The position numbers and the translations under genes are program-made. 64,000 nucleotides of DNA from Paragordius varius (taxonomy: Eukaryota; Animalia; Nematomorpha). The notes under the pieces were generated by a model. It ran no database searches, was not told the origin of the DNA, and saw only the letters and a program-made list of their open reading frames with translations. The first letter of the stretch is position 1, and each line of letters starts with the position of its first letter. Location: positions 7,564,001 through 7,628,000 of the forward strand of contig OZ176050.1 in assembly GCA_964247055.1 (NCBI GenBank), written 5' to 3'. Positions 1 through 12,632 of this stretch are shown in pieces.

Positions 1-552
1 CAAACTGCAAAAAATGTAAGGAACTTTAAGTAAAGGATAAGTTATAACTTTCAAAGACACCCTTGAAGCGCAAATTGTATAAATTGATTGGGTGAAATTA
101 AAGTTATAAAGGAAAAAATAATTAATATAATAAATAATGCAATTTATGGACAAAATAAATGTTTGAAAATCAATCATACCATCAAATATTATGGTAAAAC
201 AATAAAATCATAATTCAACGCTACAACTTTATTTATATTAAATTAAAATTAAATAAATACTTATTAATCAAATATTTATAAAAAAAATCTTTTTAATTTT
301 AAAAATTTTGTTGTTTTTGCATTGGTTAAACAAATGTTGCGTTTGGATGAAAAAATGTTGCGTTTGCTTGATTGGTTGAAAAAATGTTGCATTTGGTTGA
401 AAAAAATAATGTTTTTGCCTAAAAAATGGTATATAATATAATTCAATGACGCAAAAAAAAATAACTGTATTTTTTGTGAAAAACATATAATTCGAATTTC
501 TGAAGTGATTGATCAGCATCATCGAATTAATTTAAAAAACTTTATTTAAGTA

Positions 553-1747
553 TACTGCATCCAAAATCGATATAAAAAATATCCTGATGAAATATATTTA
601 TTCTGAGAGATGTCCACAAAAAAATATCCTCATGATATATATATTCTGAAAGGAGTATGTATCAGGATTTATATGGCTTTTGGTTTCGGCCCTCACGAGT
701 AATTTAACAAAGTTATCACTTTTGTAGAAACTGATTCATATCATAAAATAACAAAATATGAGCACATTTTAATAAATTTTTTTTGGTGAAAGGTAAATTC
801 TTTACAAAAAATATCCCTAAAATATATCATAAACTATATATAAAAAATAATATTTTTATAAAATTTTAATTTTTAGAAATGGCATAGAAAGTTCCAAATT
901 TCTCGCCCTTCTACAATGGGATAGCTCTCTTATAATAAAAATTGCTGAAATGACAACATTTTTTAAAACATGCAAATTTTGACATAAAAAAAGTTTTATC
1001 CGAAAAAATGGGTATATGCTAAACAAAATTTATAGCGAAATTTTGTGGTGTTCTTCATGCTATTTTAAAGCGTATTGCAATCAGTATAAAAACGTATAGA
1101 TGATATTAATTAACACTTTTTCTATATAATTTGATAATGCTGAGCATTTCAACCTAGAATTTTAATTTAGAGCTTGCTTTTTCAAAATTTCGTAAATTTT
1201 TATACAATCTTTATTTAACATAAGTTAGAAGACGAACAAATAAATAAATTCTGATGTGATAGAATTGACGATCATTGAATTGCAAAAAAAATTGTTTTAT
1301 AATGTCTTGAGGCGTTTTTATACCTTTTCCATCATGCCTCTAACTAGTATGAAGTACCCATCAGCCATATTTTAATAATTTAAGTTTCATCGCGAAATCT
1401 CGACATTTTTGTGTTTATTTTAAGAGAAATAGCTTATTTTAGATGAAGAGAATTTCGGATCCCACATCTTAAAATTTAATTTTTTAAATATTGTTTGCCA
1501 TTTAAATGTAGTTTATGATATATTGCAGTTAAATTTTTTGGAATGAAGCATTTAGCTTTCACCAATATTATTTAAAAAAATGTTCAAAAACCATTTTTAT
1601 ATGGAGAACTATAAATTGAAATTTTTTTTAACTTTTAGGCAAAATAAAAAGCCCCATATCCTGAAACATTTTTCGATCAGAATATATACAAATAAATATA
1701 TAATATATATATTTAACCAGGATTTATCCCAATTTCGGACGCAGTGC
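553..1747. mobile_element. Long-TIR non-autonomous element (MITE/foldback, possibly Tc1/mariner-derived), family copy 1
   Basis: The left end TACTGCATCCAAAATCG...ATATCCTGATG is mirrored by CCAGGATTTATCCCAATTTCGGACGCAGTG near 1720-1747. The internal inverted blocks TTTTGGTGAAAG / GCATTTAGCTTTCACCAA recur in many copies in the window. Boundaries approximate. Confidence 0.6.
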
Positions 1748-3120
1748 ATAGAAAAATGTTTTATGATGTGTTAAAGTTTTTGTATATCGTTTCCAAAACA
1801 TCCTGATAAAATATATATATTCTGATAGGAAAATATATCATGATTAACAAAGTACTTTTGGCTGCCTTTACTAGTGATAAGAAAACTATTATCATTTTTG
1901 TAAAATGGTTAATGCGCCTATTTTGTTAAATAAATATTTTTTGGTGAAAGCAGCGCTTCATTCCAAAAAATAATACTAAATATATAAAAAACTAAACAAA
2001 ATTTCCAAAATTTAATTTTTTCGAAAGTCCCAATTTTTGTGCTCTTCTAAAAAAGCTATTTTTCTTATAACTTAAGCAAAAATAGCCATTGCACGATTAA
2101 AATAAATACAATATCAACTAAATATATTTTTTAAAAAAATGCATTTTTTTCAAAAATTTAATTTTTAGTATATTTTAGAAACGTATTTCATACCATTTTG
2201 AAACATGATAGAAACAGTATAAAAAGGCTTTATATTATTATTATATAAACATTTTTTATATATCAGTAATATTGGACATTTCTATCAACTTAGAATTTCG
2301 ATCAAATATTCCATCGTCTAAATATAAAGTGTTTTAATTAACCACAACATTTTAATTAATTGTAAAGCGACACAAATGTTCAACATCAAGAAAAAGTGTT
2401 TTTATACCGTTTTAATCATGCAGAATAGTATGAATAAGGTGACCAGATTTTTTTAAGGAAAAAGCGGGACAAATCTGAGGGGGGGGGTCATTGGGGGGTA
2501 CAACCAAAAATTTTTATACAAAAAATTTATTGTAATATTTATTAATTTTTAACACAAATACATTATAAATATAAAAAAAATTGTACCTTACAAGTTGTTT
2601 GTACCTTCTTCAATAAATTTACATGTGCACGAACAAAGGGGGAAGTGATTGTAATATTCTGGAAAAAAAACAAAAAGACCAAATCATCACAAAGTGCGCT
2701 GGGTGATGCAAGAAGCGGCACAAAAAATATTTTTAACAATTTAGCGAATAATCTTAATCAAAACATTATTGGCAGATATACAACGCTATTCAAACAGCTA
2801 CTGATTTGTTACCCCTGGATGTAGAAAATATAGATGTTAAAATGCTTGGTTGTAGAACTGTTGGTTAGCTCTTTTGCTAGCGATTGAATTTATAAAAATG
2901 TGATCTCCTAGTATCCTATTTTTTATCACAGGACAAAGGTCAAAATTCCAAGTCAAAAAAGGTTAAAAAATAATTTTATACCATTACCTAATCGCAATAT
3001 TATAAAGCATCCAGAAAACTAGGCTTAATGAATAGCCAGGATATAAAAATGTTTTATACAAACAGAAACGATTATTTGGAAGACAAGACGGTGCACAATG
3101 ACACTTTTTATGAAGTCTCA

Positions 3121-4125
3121 TCTATATATTTATAAAAATGGAAAATGCTGGCTTTGTGATCTGGTACAGGAAAACCGGTAGACCCATTCAAATCCAAACT
3201 TCGAAAAAATATAATCATTAATGAATGCCCCGACAATAGCTTCGCCCTTTTTTTGAAATAGGCCCCCAGTTCGGGCCCACCCCGTGTGAAAAACGGTTTT
3301 TTTTTGAAAACACAAGTCCACAAAAATCGTGTCTTTGAGACAATTTTCCGGAGAACGTGTTGGACCATTCAATTTCAAATATAATTTTTGTTTTCTTATT
3401 TTCGATTGCGCCGAACATAGTCGAGTCACTTTTTTGAATTAGGCCCTCTTTTTACCCGCTACCCCCGTAAAATACCATTTTTTTCAAAAAACAAAGTCCA
3501 CAAAAATAATTTTTTAAATCGATTTTTCGCCCTAGGTATGAGGCCGTAAAAATTCAATAAAGATTCCACGTATTCCCTGTTAAAAGGCAAAAATTTTAGT
3601 TAAGCGTTTCTATGATGATAGCTGCTGGGTAGGGAGCTACCCGCGAAAAACTGATTTCTCATGTAACTTTGTGATCTGTTTCCGGAAAACAGGTGAGCCC
3701 AATCAAATCCAAATATCGAAAAAATATAATCATTAATGAATGCCCCGACAATAGCTTCGCCCTTTTTTGGAATTAGGTCCCCAGTTCGGGCCCACCCCGT
3801 GTGAAAAATGGGTTAAGTCAATTTTTTGGAGAACATGTTGGACCATTCAATTTCAAATATGAATTTTGTTTACTTATTTTTGATCGCGGTGAACATAGTC
3901 GAGTCACATTTTTGATTTAGGCCCTCTTTTTACCCGCTACCCCCGTAAAATGCCATTTTTTTCAAAAAAAACAAAGTCCACAAAAATAATTTTTTGATTG
4001 TATTTTTTTGCCCAAGGTATGAGACTGTAAAAATTCGAGAAGGTTTTTTCGTATTGCCTGTTAAAAGGCAAAAAATTTAGTCAAGCGTTTCTTTGATGAT
4101 AGATACTGAGTAAGGAGTATCTATC
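3121..4125 (+). mobile_element. Non-autonomous Helitron-like element: 5-prime end plus two tandem units of about 460-540 bp
   Basis: Begins A|TCTATATATTTATAAAAATGG like the complete copies at 4179 and 58217. The unit restarts at about 3665 (CTTTGTGATCTG). No CTAG terminus of its own. Confidence 0.75.
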
Positions 4126-4178
4126 ATATGTATAGCATGTTAAAAGATATATGGATATTAATACATTATTTATGGTAA

Positions 4179-4608
4179 TCTATATATTTATAAAAATGGA
4201 AAATGCTGGCTTTGTGATCTGGTACAGGAAAACCGATAGACCCATTCAAATCCAAACTTCGAAAAAATATAATCATTAATGAGTGCCCCGACAATAGCTT
4301 CGCCCTTTTTTTGAAATAGGCCCCCAGTTCGGACCCACCCCGTATGAAAAACGGGTTTTTTTGAAAACAGAAGTCCACTAAAATCGTGTCTTTGAGACAA
4401 TTTTCCGGAGAACGTTTTGGACCATTTGATTTCAAATATGATTTTTGTTTACTTATTTTCGATTGCGCCGAACATAGTCGTCTCGCTTTTTTAATTTAGT
4501 CCCACTTTTTCCCGCTCCCCCCGTAAAATGCCATTCCCCCCCAACCCCCCCCCCCCAGAAGTCCGAAGGACTTCCTCGGGCTGCGTAGCAGCACGTGATT
4601 TACGCTAG
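4179..4608 (+). mobile_element. Complete 430-bp non-autonomous Helitron
   Basis: 5-prime TC after A; 3-prime CTAG followed by T. Subterminal hairpins GAAGTCC-GAA-GGACTTC and GCTGC-GTA-GCAGC. No TSD, as expected for rolling-circle elements. Confidence 0.85.
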
Positions 4609-4959
4609 TTATTAAATAAATATATTGAATGAAAACTTATATTATGGACAACAGAAAAAAATACGTAGGATAGAAATGGTGAAAATAATGATTTTTAAAC
4701 AAATTATGTTCCATACAAAAATATTATTGAATTGCATTATCTTTACCTAAGCCACTGCTATTGAACGCGTTTTTCCACACTAAATTAAGTAAGGACACGG
4801 AATCAAATTTAAACGTTGAATAAAAGCCATTTTATGTGTTCAAATATAATTTGACAAATTATGAAGACTTATACAATATTTTAAGTAATTTTGTTTATTT
4901 TTTAACATAAAAACTTTATAAATATAAGAAAATATTTTATTCTTTGGTATATTTTTTGT

Positions 4960-6704
4960 TTGAGTGAATGCGTTTTAGCAGATTGTCATCATTTTTTAAA
5001 ATATTGTAGAAATCTTCACAAGAATTTGTCAAATTATATTTGACAGATAAAACGGCCTTTAGGTTTCAACATTTAAATTTAATTTTTCCGATGTCCACAC
5101 CTGATTTACTGTGGAAAAAACGCGCTCAGTAGCAGCGTTGGTTCCAGGTAAAGATAGTGCGAATTTCACAATTTTCAAAATATTATTGTATGTAATATAG
5201 TTGGCTTCAAAATGATGAAATATTTCCAACCATTTTTTTTCTACTGTACATTTTTCTTTTGTCCATAATTTAAGTTTTTCATTATTAATATATCTTTTAA
5301 CTAATGATACTTCAGAAAAAAGATCATTTTCTGAAAGATTACTTTTTGAAAATTTTTGGGAGCAGATATAATCAAATGATTTTTGAACATCGCACCAATT
5401 AAATTCTGATTTTAATGTTATCCAATGAATTGATCAATTTCATTGAATTGCGTCGTCCAGTCTTCCAAAGAATCTTTACAGTTTGTATAAAACATTTTAT
5501 ATGGTACAGGATATCTTGGCGATGTATTAAGCCTTGTTTTTCTAAATTATTTATTATATTGCTGATGGTTAATGGTATAAAATTATTTCTAACCGTTCTT
5601 GACATTGGAGTTTTAGGTTACTAACTTCATTGGCTACTTCGATTGCCGAAATTTTGTCACCTTCTATAAATTTAATAACATTTTGAAAGAGAGCAGTTTG
5701 ATTATGTAAGAATTCTAACCATATTTTTGAAGAATAACTTTCAAAAAACTTTTTTAAAGTTGTAGGACATCTGTCCTGTGAAAAAAAGATTTTAAAGGAC
5801 CATACATTTTTAAAATTCTTTCGATAGCTGGCATAAAAGCTAACCAACGAGTTTTACAATATCCAAGCATTTTTTAATCTTGAACTTCTGCATTTTCCCA
5901 GAATTCTTTAAGCGTTTCAATACGTACCGTGTATATAAAAATAGGAATATTCTAACAACTACATTTTCCACATCTAGGGGTAACAAATTAGCAGCTGTTT
6001 GAATAGCGTTGTGTATTATATGCGCTGCACACCCAACGCCAATAATGTTTTGATTAAGATTATCTGTTAAATTTTTGTTCCCCTCCTTGCTTTTCCACCA
6101 AAGTTCGTATTGGTGTTGTCAGCGCAATATGCGATAATTTTGTCTTTTAGATTATTTTTTTCTAGAATATGCATTATTGAAGTAAATATTATTTCGGAAT
6201 TTTCACCAAGAGAAATATAACTATAATTTTAATTTTTACTCCGGTTTCTGGATAAAAATATCTTATTAAAGTGGAAAAATTTTGTTTCATGGTGATTTGA
6301 TGCATCAGAGCATAGAGATAAGAAATTAATTTTCAGCAAATCTTTTTGTATTTCAGAAAATGCATGTGGCGAAAGGGTATTGCACACAATGGCTTCAGCC
6401 TTTGTACTGGCACATGTAACTTTTTTATGGAATAACATGCGAATAACCTGTGAGTACAGTCCATAGATCTAAAGGAATGATTGTGATTAACGGCGTGAAA
6501 AGATAACACGCCCTCAGCTAGTGCCAAATTCTTTTCTTCCTCTCCAAAAGCGGTTTTTCGATAAAAATCGCTCATTTTGTAAGATAATGCCGCCATATCT
6601 AAACATTTTTTATGTTTCTGTGTTTCCATATGCTTTGTAATATCATGCTTGCCGCCATGTGCTAGGGTGAATTCCCCCTCGCATATAAGACATTTGATAT
6701 TCAT
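4960..6704 (-). pseudogene. Frameshifted hAT (Tip100-like) transposase
   Basis: Fragments in shifting frames: N-terminal Zn-finger-like CLICEGEFTLAHGGKHDITKHMETQKH, CSDASNH, the TRW-type motif, LKSFFLSQDRCP-like segment, and the C-terminal dimerisation motif LSLPGTNAATERVFS. Multiple frameshifts and stops. Confidence 0.88.
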
Positions 6705-6790
6705 ACTTCGTTTTTTTGATAAAAGGAAAATCTTTCATTAATTCATCGTTGAATTTACAACCTCTTTTTGGGATCATATTTATAAACTAC

Positions 6791-7210
6791 TATTAGTATA
6801 ATAAATATTATATTACCTTAATTTTCTGGAATAAATGTGTAAGGTACCGATTTATGGTATCAATTTGTCTTTTAAGCTACCGATTTGTGGTATTAATTTG
6901 GCTTTTTAATAATGTTGGCAAGTAATAAAACTAAAATATTAGTATAATAAATATTTTATTACCTTAATTTTCTGGAATAAACGTGTAAGGTACCGATTTG
7001 TGGTATCAATTTGTCTCTTAAGCTACCAATTTGTGGTATTAATTTGGCTTTTTGATTAGCAAGTAATAAAACTAAAATATTAGCATAGTAAATATTATAT
7101 TACCTTAATTTTCTGAAATAAACATGTAAGCTACCGATTTGTGGTATTAATTTGTCTTTTAATCTAGAGATTTGTGGTGTTAACTTGGCTTTTTGATAAT
7201 GATGACAGTA
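6791..7210. repeat. Three tandem units of about 140 bp in the hAT subterminal region, each with two TACCGATTTGTGGTATTAATTTG-like sub-repeats
   Basis: Units start at about 6791, 6938 and 7079. Copy 2 has a single unit at about 30270-30370. Confidence 0.85.
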
Positions 7211-7526
7211 GTAGCAGGAAGCAAAGTGTATAATCATATGATATAAATTCGAAAAAAATAAATATTTTTAATATTAAATTGAATAGATTTTAAAGATATT
7301 TAATGATATAAATTTAAACGGATAAAAAAAATTGTATTAAAAAAATTTTTTTTTATATAATCGTGAAAAAGCAGGACATTTTAAAAACGTAGCGGGACGC
7401 GGGATAAAGTGTGAAAAAGCGGGACGTCTGGTTACCTTAAGTATGAAGCACGCCTCAACAAATTTTTCTAAAATTTAATTTTTTGAAAATCATATTAATT
7501 TTTAAAAATAACTTTTTAGTTGATAT

Positions 7527-7530
<4 letters not shown>

Positions 7531-7570
<40 letters not shown>
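7531..7570. repeat. (TA)n microsatellite; others at about 11875-11892, 12601-12627, 26201-26237 and 27313-27331
   Basis: Directly visible dinucleotide runs. Confidence 0.95.
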
Positions 7571-7574
<4 letters not shown>

Positions 7575-8468
7575 AATTTTTATCGCCTCGGCTTTACTCT
7601 TATTTTGAAACTAGCCCATTTTTTAAATGCAAAAAAATTTGGTACTTTCGGAGTCGTAAAAAATTAAATTTAAAATTATTGCTTTGCTTTTCATATATAA
7701 TTAGTTACATATTGATCTAGCATTTAGCTTTCACCAAAAAATTTTTATATTAATGTGCGGAAATATTCCCATTTCATAGTAACGACTCGTCACAAAAATG
7801 TAAATAACTATCTTAAATTGATCGTAAGAGTCAAATGCAAAGGCAACATGATAATTCTGATACATTCTGCTTGAAGAGATATATCTTATTAGGTCATTTT
7901 TGGACTATCTCCTCGCTTAACTTGATATTTTTTTATTTTAATATCAAATGTTTAGATCGATCCTCTTTTGGAGCTGTCTTAATTTTAAACTCTAATTATT
8001 AAACTGTAAAAATTATAAGCTTTTATCTAATACAGGAGCAATGTTGGATATTTAAATTTAAAAAATAACTTTCAAAATAGTAGCTTATATAAGATATTAA
8101 TTTCTGGGATATATAAAACTAACTCAAAATGTCATCACAGGAAATTTTTTTAAAGAATATAGCAATCGGCATTCACCAAAAAGTTATATTGATTATATTT
8201 AGCAATGAAATAGAGCACATACCGCAAAGGTATATCTCTTATCTTACTCCAAAGTCTGATAGTAATGCATTTTTCTATCTGAAAATATATTTTTTCAATA
8301 TTGGTGTGTCCTAGGTGTATCGAGAAAATGATTGGACCGAAGCATTTAGTTTTCCAATTATTTAAGAAACTATTTCGAAAATTTATTTAACTTATATAAA
8401 ATATATTTTTGTGTTATAAGATTTGTTTTCCAGATTAACCCTTGGATACAACACATTCATTTTAGTCC

Positions 8469-8977
8469 TTCGATTCAAATTAGGGTAAAATACCCCATGC
8501 CTGTTTAAAATTAAATTTTTTAAAAATATGGAAGGAATCGAAACCATGGCAAAATCTTGCACTTATATACCATTAATAAACCAAAATATTAAAAAAATTT
8601 ATTCAAAAATACATAATATAACTTATTTTAAGCTAAAACCGAAATATAAAATTTTAGTCAACGTGACATGTGTGCAATGGTAAAATTGGAAAATAATACA
8701 AAATAAACAGCTTTTTCTATTTCTATCAATGTTAGATGTAATCTAAATAAAAAATAGACAAAATTTTGCAAAAATTTTACAAAATAAAAATGGCGGCGAA
8801 GTAGTTTGACATGGAACTTTTTTTTTCAAATCAAAATTTTATTTAGATTTTGGCATATCTATATAATTTTTATTAGGATAGAAGCATAAATTTGATTGGA
8901 CCGTTTCCTTCAGTAGTTTTCAAAAATCCTAATTCAAATTTAGTCTGGGGTATTTAGATACCCTAATTTAAATCGAA
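8469..8977. mobile_element. MITE/foldback of about 510 bp just upstream of PITPNM
   Basis: TTCGATTCAAATTAGGGTAAAATACCCCA at the left is matched in reverse complement by TGGGGTATTTAGATACCCTAATTTAAATCGAA at the right. Confidence 0.55.
8787..8797 (+). promoter_or_regulatory. YY1-type motif AAAATGGCGGC about 330 bp upstream of the PITPNM ATG
   Basis: Exact match to the YY1 core in otherwise AT-rich DNA; function untested. Confidence 0.3.
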
Positions 8978-9127
8978 GTGTTAATAAAATTTTATATGTA
9001 TTTTGTGTCACCATATATAAATAAAATTTTATATGTATTTTGTATCATCATATAATCTGCTGTCATGCATATGCTAAAATCAATAAAAGAATTTGGAAAA
9101 TCTGAAAAATAATTATATTGGAGCTGG

Positions 9128-12100
9128 ATGTTAATCAAGGAATATCGTATACCGATGCCTCTTTCAGTGGAGGAATATCGAGTTGCTCAATTATATATGA
9201 TTCAGGTATATATATCTATACATTTATTTATGCATATTTAAATATTATCTTTTAGCAACGATTAGTTATATATTTTTGTGGTAGAATCCATATTTAACTT
9301 TATTTATCAATGATTTAAAAAGTATTTTAAATCATTATTTTTTTTAATGCTGTAAAACAATTTAAATTTGTATTTTTATTTTAATTGTTTAGAAAAAGAG
9401 TCGAAAAGAATCTCAAGGTGAGGGTAGTGGCGTAGAAATCTTAGTGAATGAACCGTACAGTTCCGAAGAATCAGATGGATCTCAAATAAATGGCCAATAT
9501 ACTTATAAAATTTATCATATTGGAAAGCATTTACCATGTATGGCATTGATCATATAATTAATCACGTTATATTAAGTGAATAATGTATGTAGTTAAATAT
9601 ATTTTATTAATTTTTATCCATTAATATGATGAATGTTCTTATTCATTTTTATATTTTTTTATTTAAATATTTTAAAATTTCCTTTATTTTATGGGATTTT
9701 GTTTTGACCAATTTTTATTTTTATCAAGTTGTAATATATTAAAATACTATATACAGATTAATTTTATATATAATAAGCTGAATAAATAATATAAATAATA
9801 TCATTTATTTTGGTCTCTTATGATCTTTAAATAATATTTAAAAGACTTTTTTGTTTTGTTTTATAAATTATAAGAAGATTATTATCATTTCGCAAAAAAA
9901 GTTCTACAAATTTTAAACGATAGGAAAATTATTATTCTTTTAAACTTTTATATACTTGGGAAAAAAATTATTTTTGTATATTATCTAATCAATTATACGG
10001 CATATATTTAACAATATCAAATTAAGTATGTTTATAAACAAACAATAGTAATTTGAGTCTGTTGTAATTATAATTATCTCAAAAATCACACTATTTGATT
10101 ATAACGAGCGCACACATACGATTTTCATTTTACTAAAAGATATAATCATCTCATCTCTAGGGAATTCGCAATAATTGGTTTTTTTGCTATTGTTATATTA
10201 TTTATACTATCGATTGTTTTTTTTAATTGCTTTTGTGTATCTTTTGACAATGGTATAGATAACGATTTTTTCTTTTTAGACAATCGCGCGCATTAAAACA
10301 ACTAATTTACTTTATCTATCAAGTTTAAATAGTGGCTCTGAGGATGTTTGTTTGTTATAATAGGCATGTATTACTTTTAACAAATACATTTTAATTAAAT
10401 TTTATTTAATATTACCGTTAGATGTGACTGATTAAAAATTTTTTTGCGTAAAATATCCAAAGAGTTGCTACTGTTACAGTTTATTAAAATTTAATTATTT
10501 TTTATCCAATATTTTTCTAAAACGTCCTTGCAAAACTGCATATATTAACTTTAGTCATACATGATATTTTTTATATTACATCCAAAATGTGTCTTGGCAA
10601 AAATATTTTAATTTATTGAGGTCATTTATGTTTTTATTGAAAGTAATTTCCTAAATTATCTATAAAAAACTTTAAGATTGGCTTTTTTATTTATACCTAT
10701 ATTGAGGAAGTGTAGTACAATATTGTAGTTATATATGAATGAGTTCTCATCGATGTTTTTTACCGATATATTTAGATTTCATTACTTAGTAGCCTCAATC
10801 ATCATGAGCCTTTTTAAACACCTTAAATAATTTATTATAATTATTATTTTTGAGATAGATATCCTAAGATATCTTTAAATATTACTTAGACATAAACAAT
10901 ATAATTTGTATTTTTAATCCATCAATATGAACGGAATTTTAATTATTTTTTACCATTTGTTTCAATATTAGTAGAATTTGTCATTTTCAAAAAATGAATT
11001 TTGAATTCTAAGCAGAGGTAAAAACGTTATTTTTTATGAAAATGTGTCAATGAGCGTTTTTCTTTAAATTGCACACCATTACAAAAATTAACCCAGCTGA
11101 TTTAGTTTATTTCAATACCTACCCATTTACTTTTTTGTAGTAATTAACTTTGATACAAATACTAAATTTAAGTGATTGGTCCATTTTTACAAATCTTTGA
11201 TTAAAATTACGTCATGTTAAATGTTATCCGATAATATCCCCTTAGCCTGGTTCCGTTCCATTATTCCTGAGACGGCTCAAAGGGTCGAAGAGGAGGCTTG
11301 GAATGCTTATCCTTACACAAAAACGCGCTACACATGTCCTTTCATGGAGAAATTTTACATTGAAATCGAGACCAAATACTTCAATGATCCTGGTATTCAA
11401 GACAATGTATTCAACTTATCATCCAGTGAATTGAAACAACGCAGTGTCGGTAAGTTTATAAAACATTTTTTTTTGTGTATATGGGACAAAAAATTTGGGC
11501 TATATTTGCAGTTAATGCTTATTATTAGTCTTTGGGGTTTGTTACCAAAATTTGGGTGATTATGGGTGATTGATTTTATTTTTTCCACTTCTTATGTCGA
11601 GTTTGGAAATTTTTGGGTCTAAAGTAATCAAAAATTATATTGTTTTGTTTGATTTGAAAAGTTTTAATTGCACACCCCTAGTTTTTAATTTTAACCAAAT
11701 ATTTTGGAACAACAATCACATATTTTTAAATTATAAAGGCAGTTAACCATATCACGCTGATAATATATTATAATTTTGATATACACCTACATATGAACAC
11801 TAAAATAAAGAAGTTTTAAGGCCCTTGATATTACGGAAAAGAATGTAAAAAATATGTTTTAGATTGATGATTAATATATATATATATATATATGGATAAT
11901 TAGCTAAAGTCCAATACCAAATGGTCAAATAAAGTTATCAGATTAAAATAGGTGGCATTGTTAACATGTTTATACTGTATGATAGATCGAAAAAATTTCA
12001 ACATAAATTCTTTCTGGTGATTATTTTAGATTTTATCGACATTGTTAAGGACAGCTTGCCTGGGACGAATTCAACTGAAGATCCGACACAATTCGTTTCT

Positions 12101-12596
12101 CAAAAATCTGGCCGTGGACCATTGGATAGAGATTGGTTAAAAGTTTATACTGAGAATTGGAAGAAGGAAAATAAATATTCCGAAAGTCAACTAAAACGAT
12201 CTCCTGTTCAATACCCCCAAGTTTTTCAGTTTTTATTATCAGCGTATAATCAATCTCGCTATTTTTTTTCAATGATATAACTTTTTAATTTTGTGTGATG
12301 AATTAAAATTTTCATTTCTTTTCATTTAAAATCAAATCGCTCTATTTTTAGGGTACTAACTTGAACATTAAATTTGATCCTTGTGTTAAATCTAAAGGTC
12401 TGTTGTTTAAACCAATTTTTTTTAATCATTACAAAAATATATATGAAATAATTATGTATGATTTTTAGGGTTATAATGAAAAACGAGTCATGTGCGCTTA
12501 CAAACTTTGTCGGATCGATTTTAGATATTGGGGAATGCAAAGCAAAGTTGAAAAATTTATAAATGATATTGGTATGAAAAATAATAAATATTTTTT

Positions 12597-12632
<36 letters not shown>

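Larger units (their letters stand above)
2581..4890 (+). pseudogene. Inverted, heavily deleted relative of the same hAT transposase inside copy 1, interrupted by Helitrons at 3121-4608
   Basis: 2750-2850 is the reverse complement of about 5950-6065, 2840-2940 of about 5760-5870, 2980-3100 of about 5440-5580, and 4620-4885 of about 4995-5290. Absent from copy 2. Confidence 0.85.
2435..7439 (-). mobile_element. hAT DNA transposon (Tip100-like), copy 1, with nested insertions
   Basis: TIRs TAAGGTGACCAGA (2435) and TCTGGTTACCTTA (ends 7439), 12/13 match. Perfect 8-bp TSD AGTATGAA at 2427-2434 and 7440-7447. Subterminal GCGGGAC repeats at both ends. Confidence 0.93.
1790..7760. mobile_element. 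Second copy of the same long-TIR MITE family (about 1790-2434 plus 7448-7760), split by the hAT insertion at 2435-7439
   Basis: The left arm matches copy 1 (CATCCTGATAAAATATATATATTCTGA; TTTTTGGTGAAAGC). Sequence either side of the hAT rejoins as ...TAGTATGAAGCAC..., matching TAGTATGAAGTAC at about 1345 in copy 1. The right-arm motif GCATTTAGCTTTCACCAA is at about 7720. Confidence 0.6.

Noticed and set aside
268-522. 84-aa ORF over a short AAAAAATGTTGCGTTTG repeat of about 21 nt
   Set aside because: Low-complexity repeat-derived frame. The repeat has only about three degenerate units without unique spacers, so it is not CRISPR-like.
3108-4435. Repeated minus-strand ORFs (...GAYFKKRAKLLSGHSL..., ...QKKGEAIVGAFIND...), also at 58225-58464
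   Set aside because: They recur only because they lie in copies of the non-coding Helitron unit; frames differ between copies and no protein motif is evident.
8129-8314. 61-aa ORF with possible 20-25-nt introns
   Set aside because: Splicing the candidates introduces stops; no homology signal.
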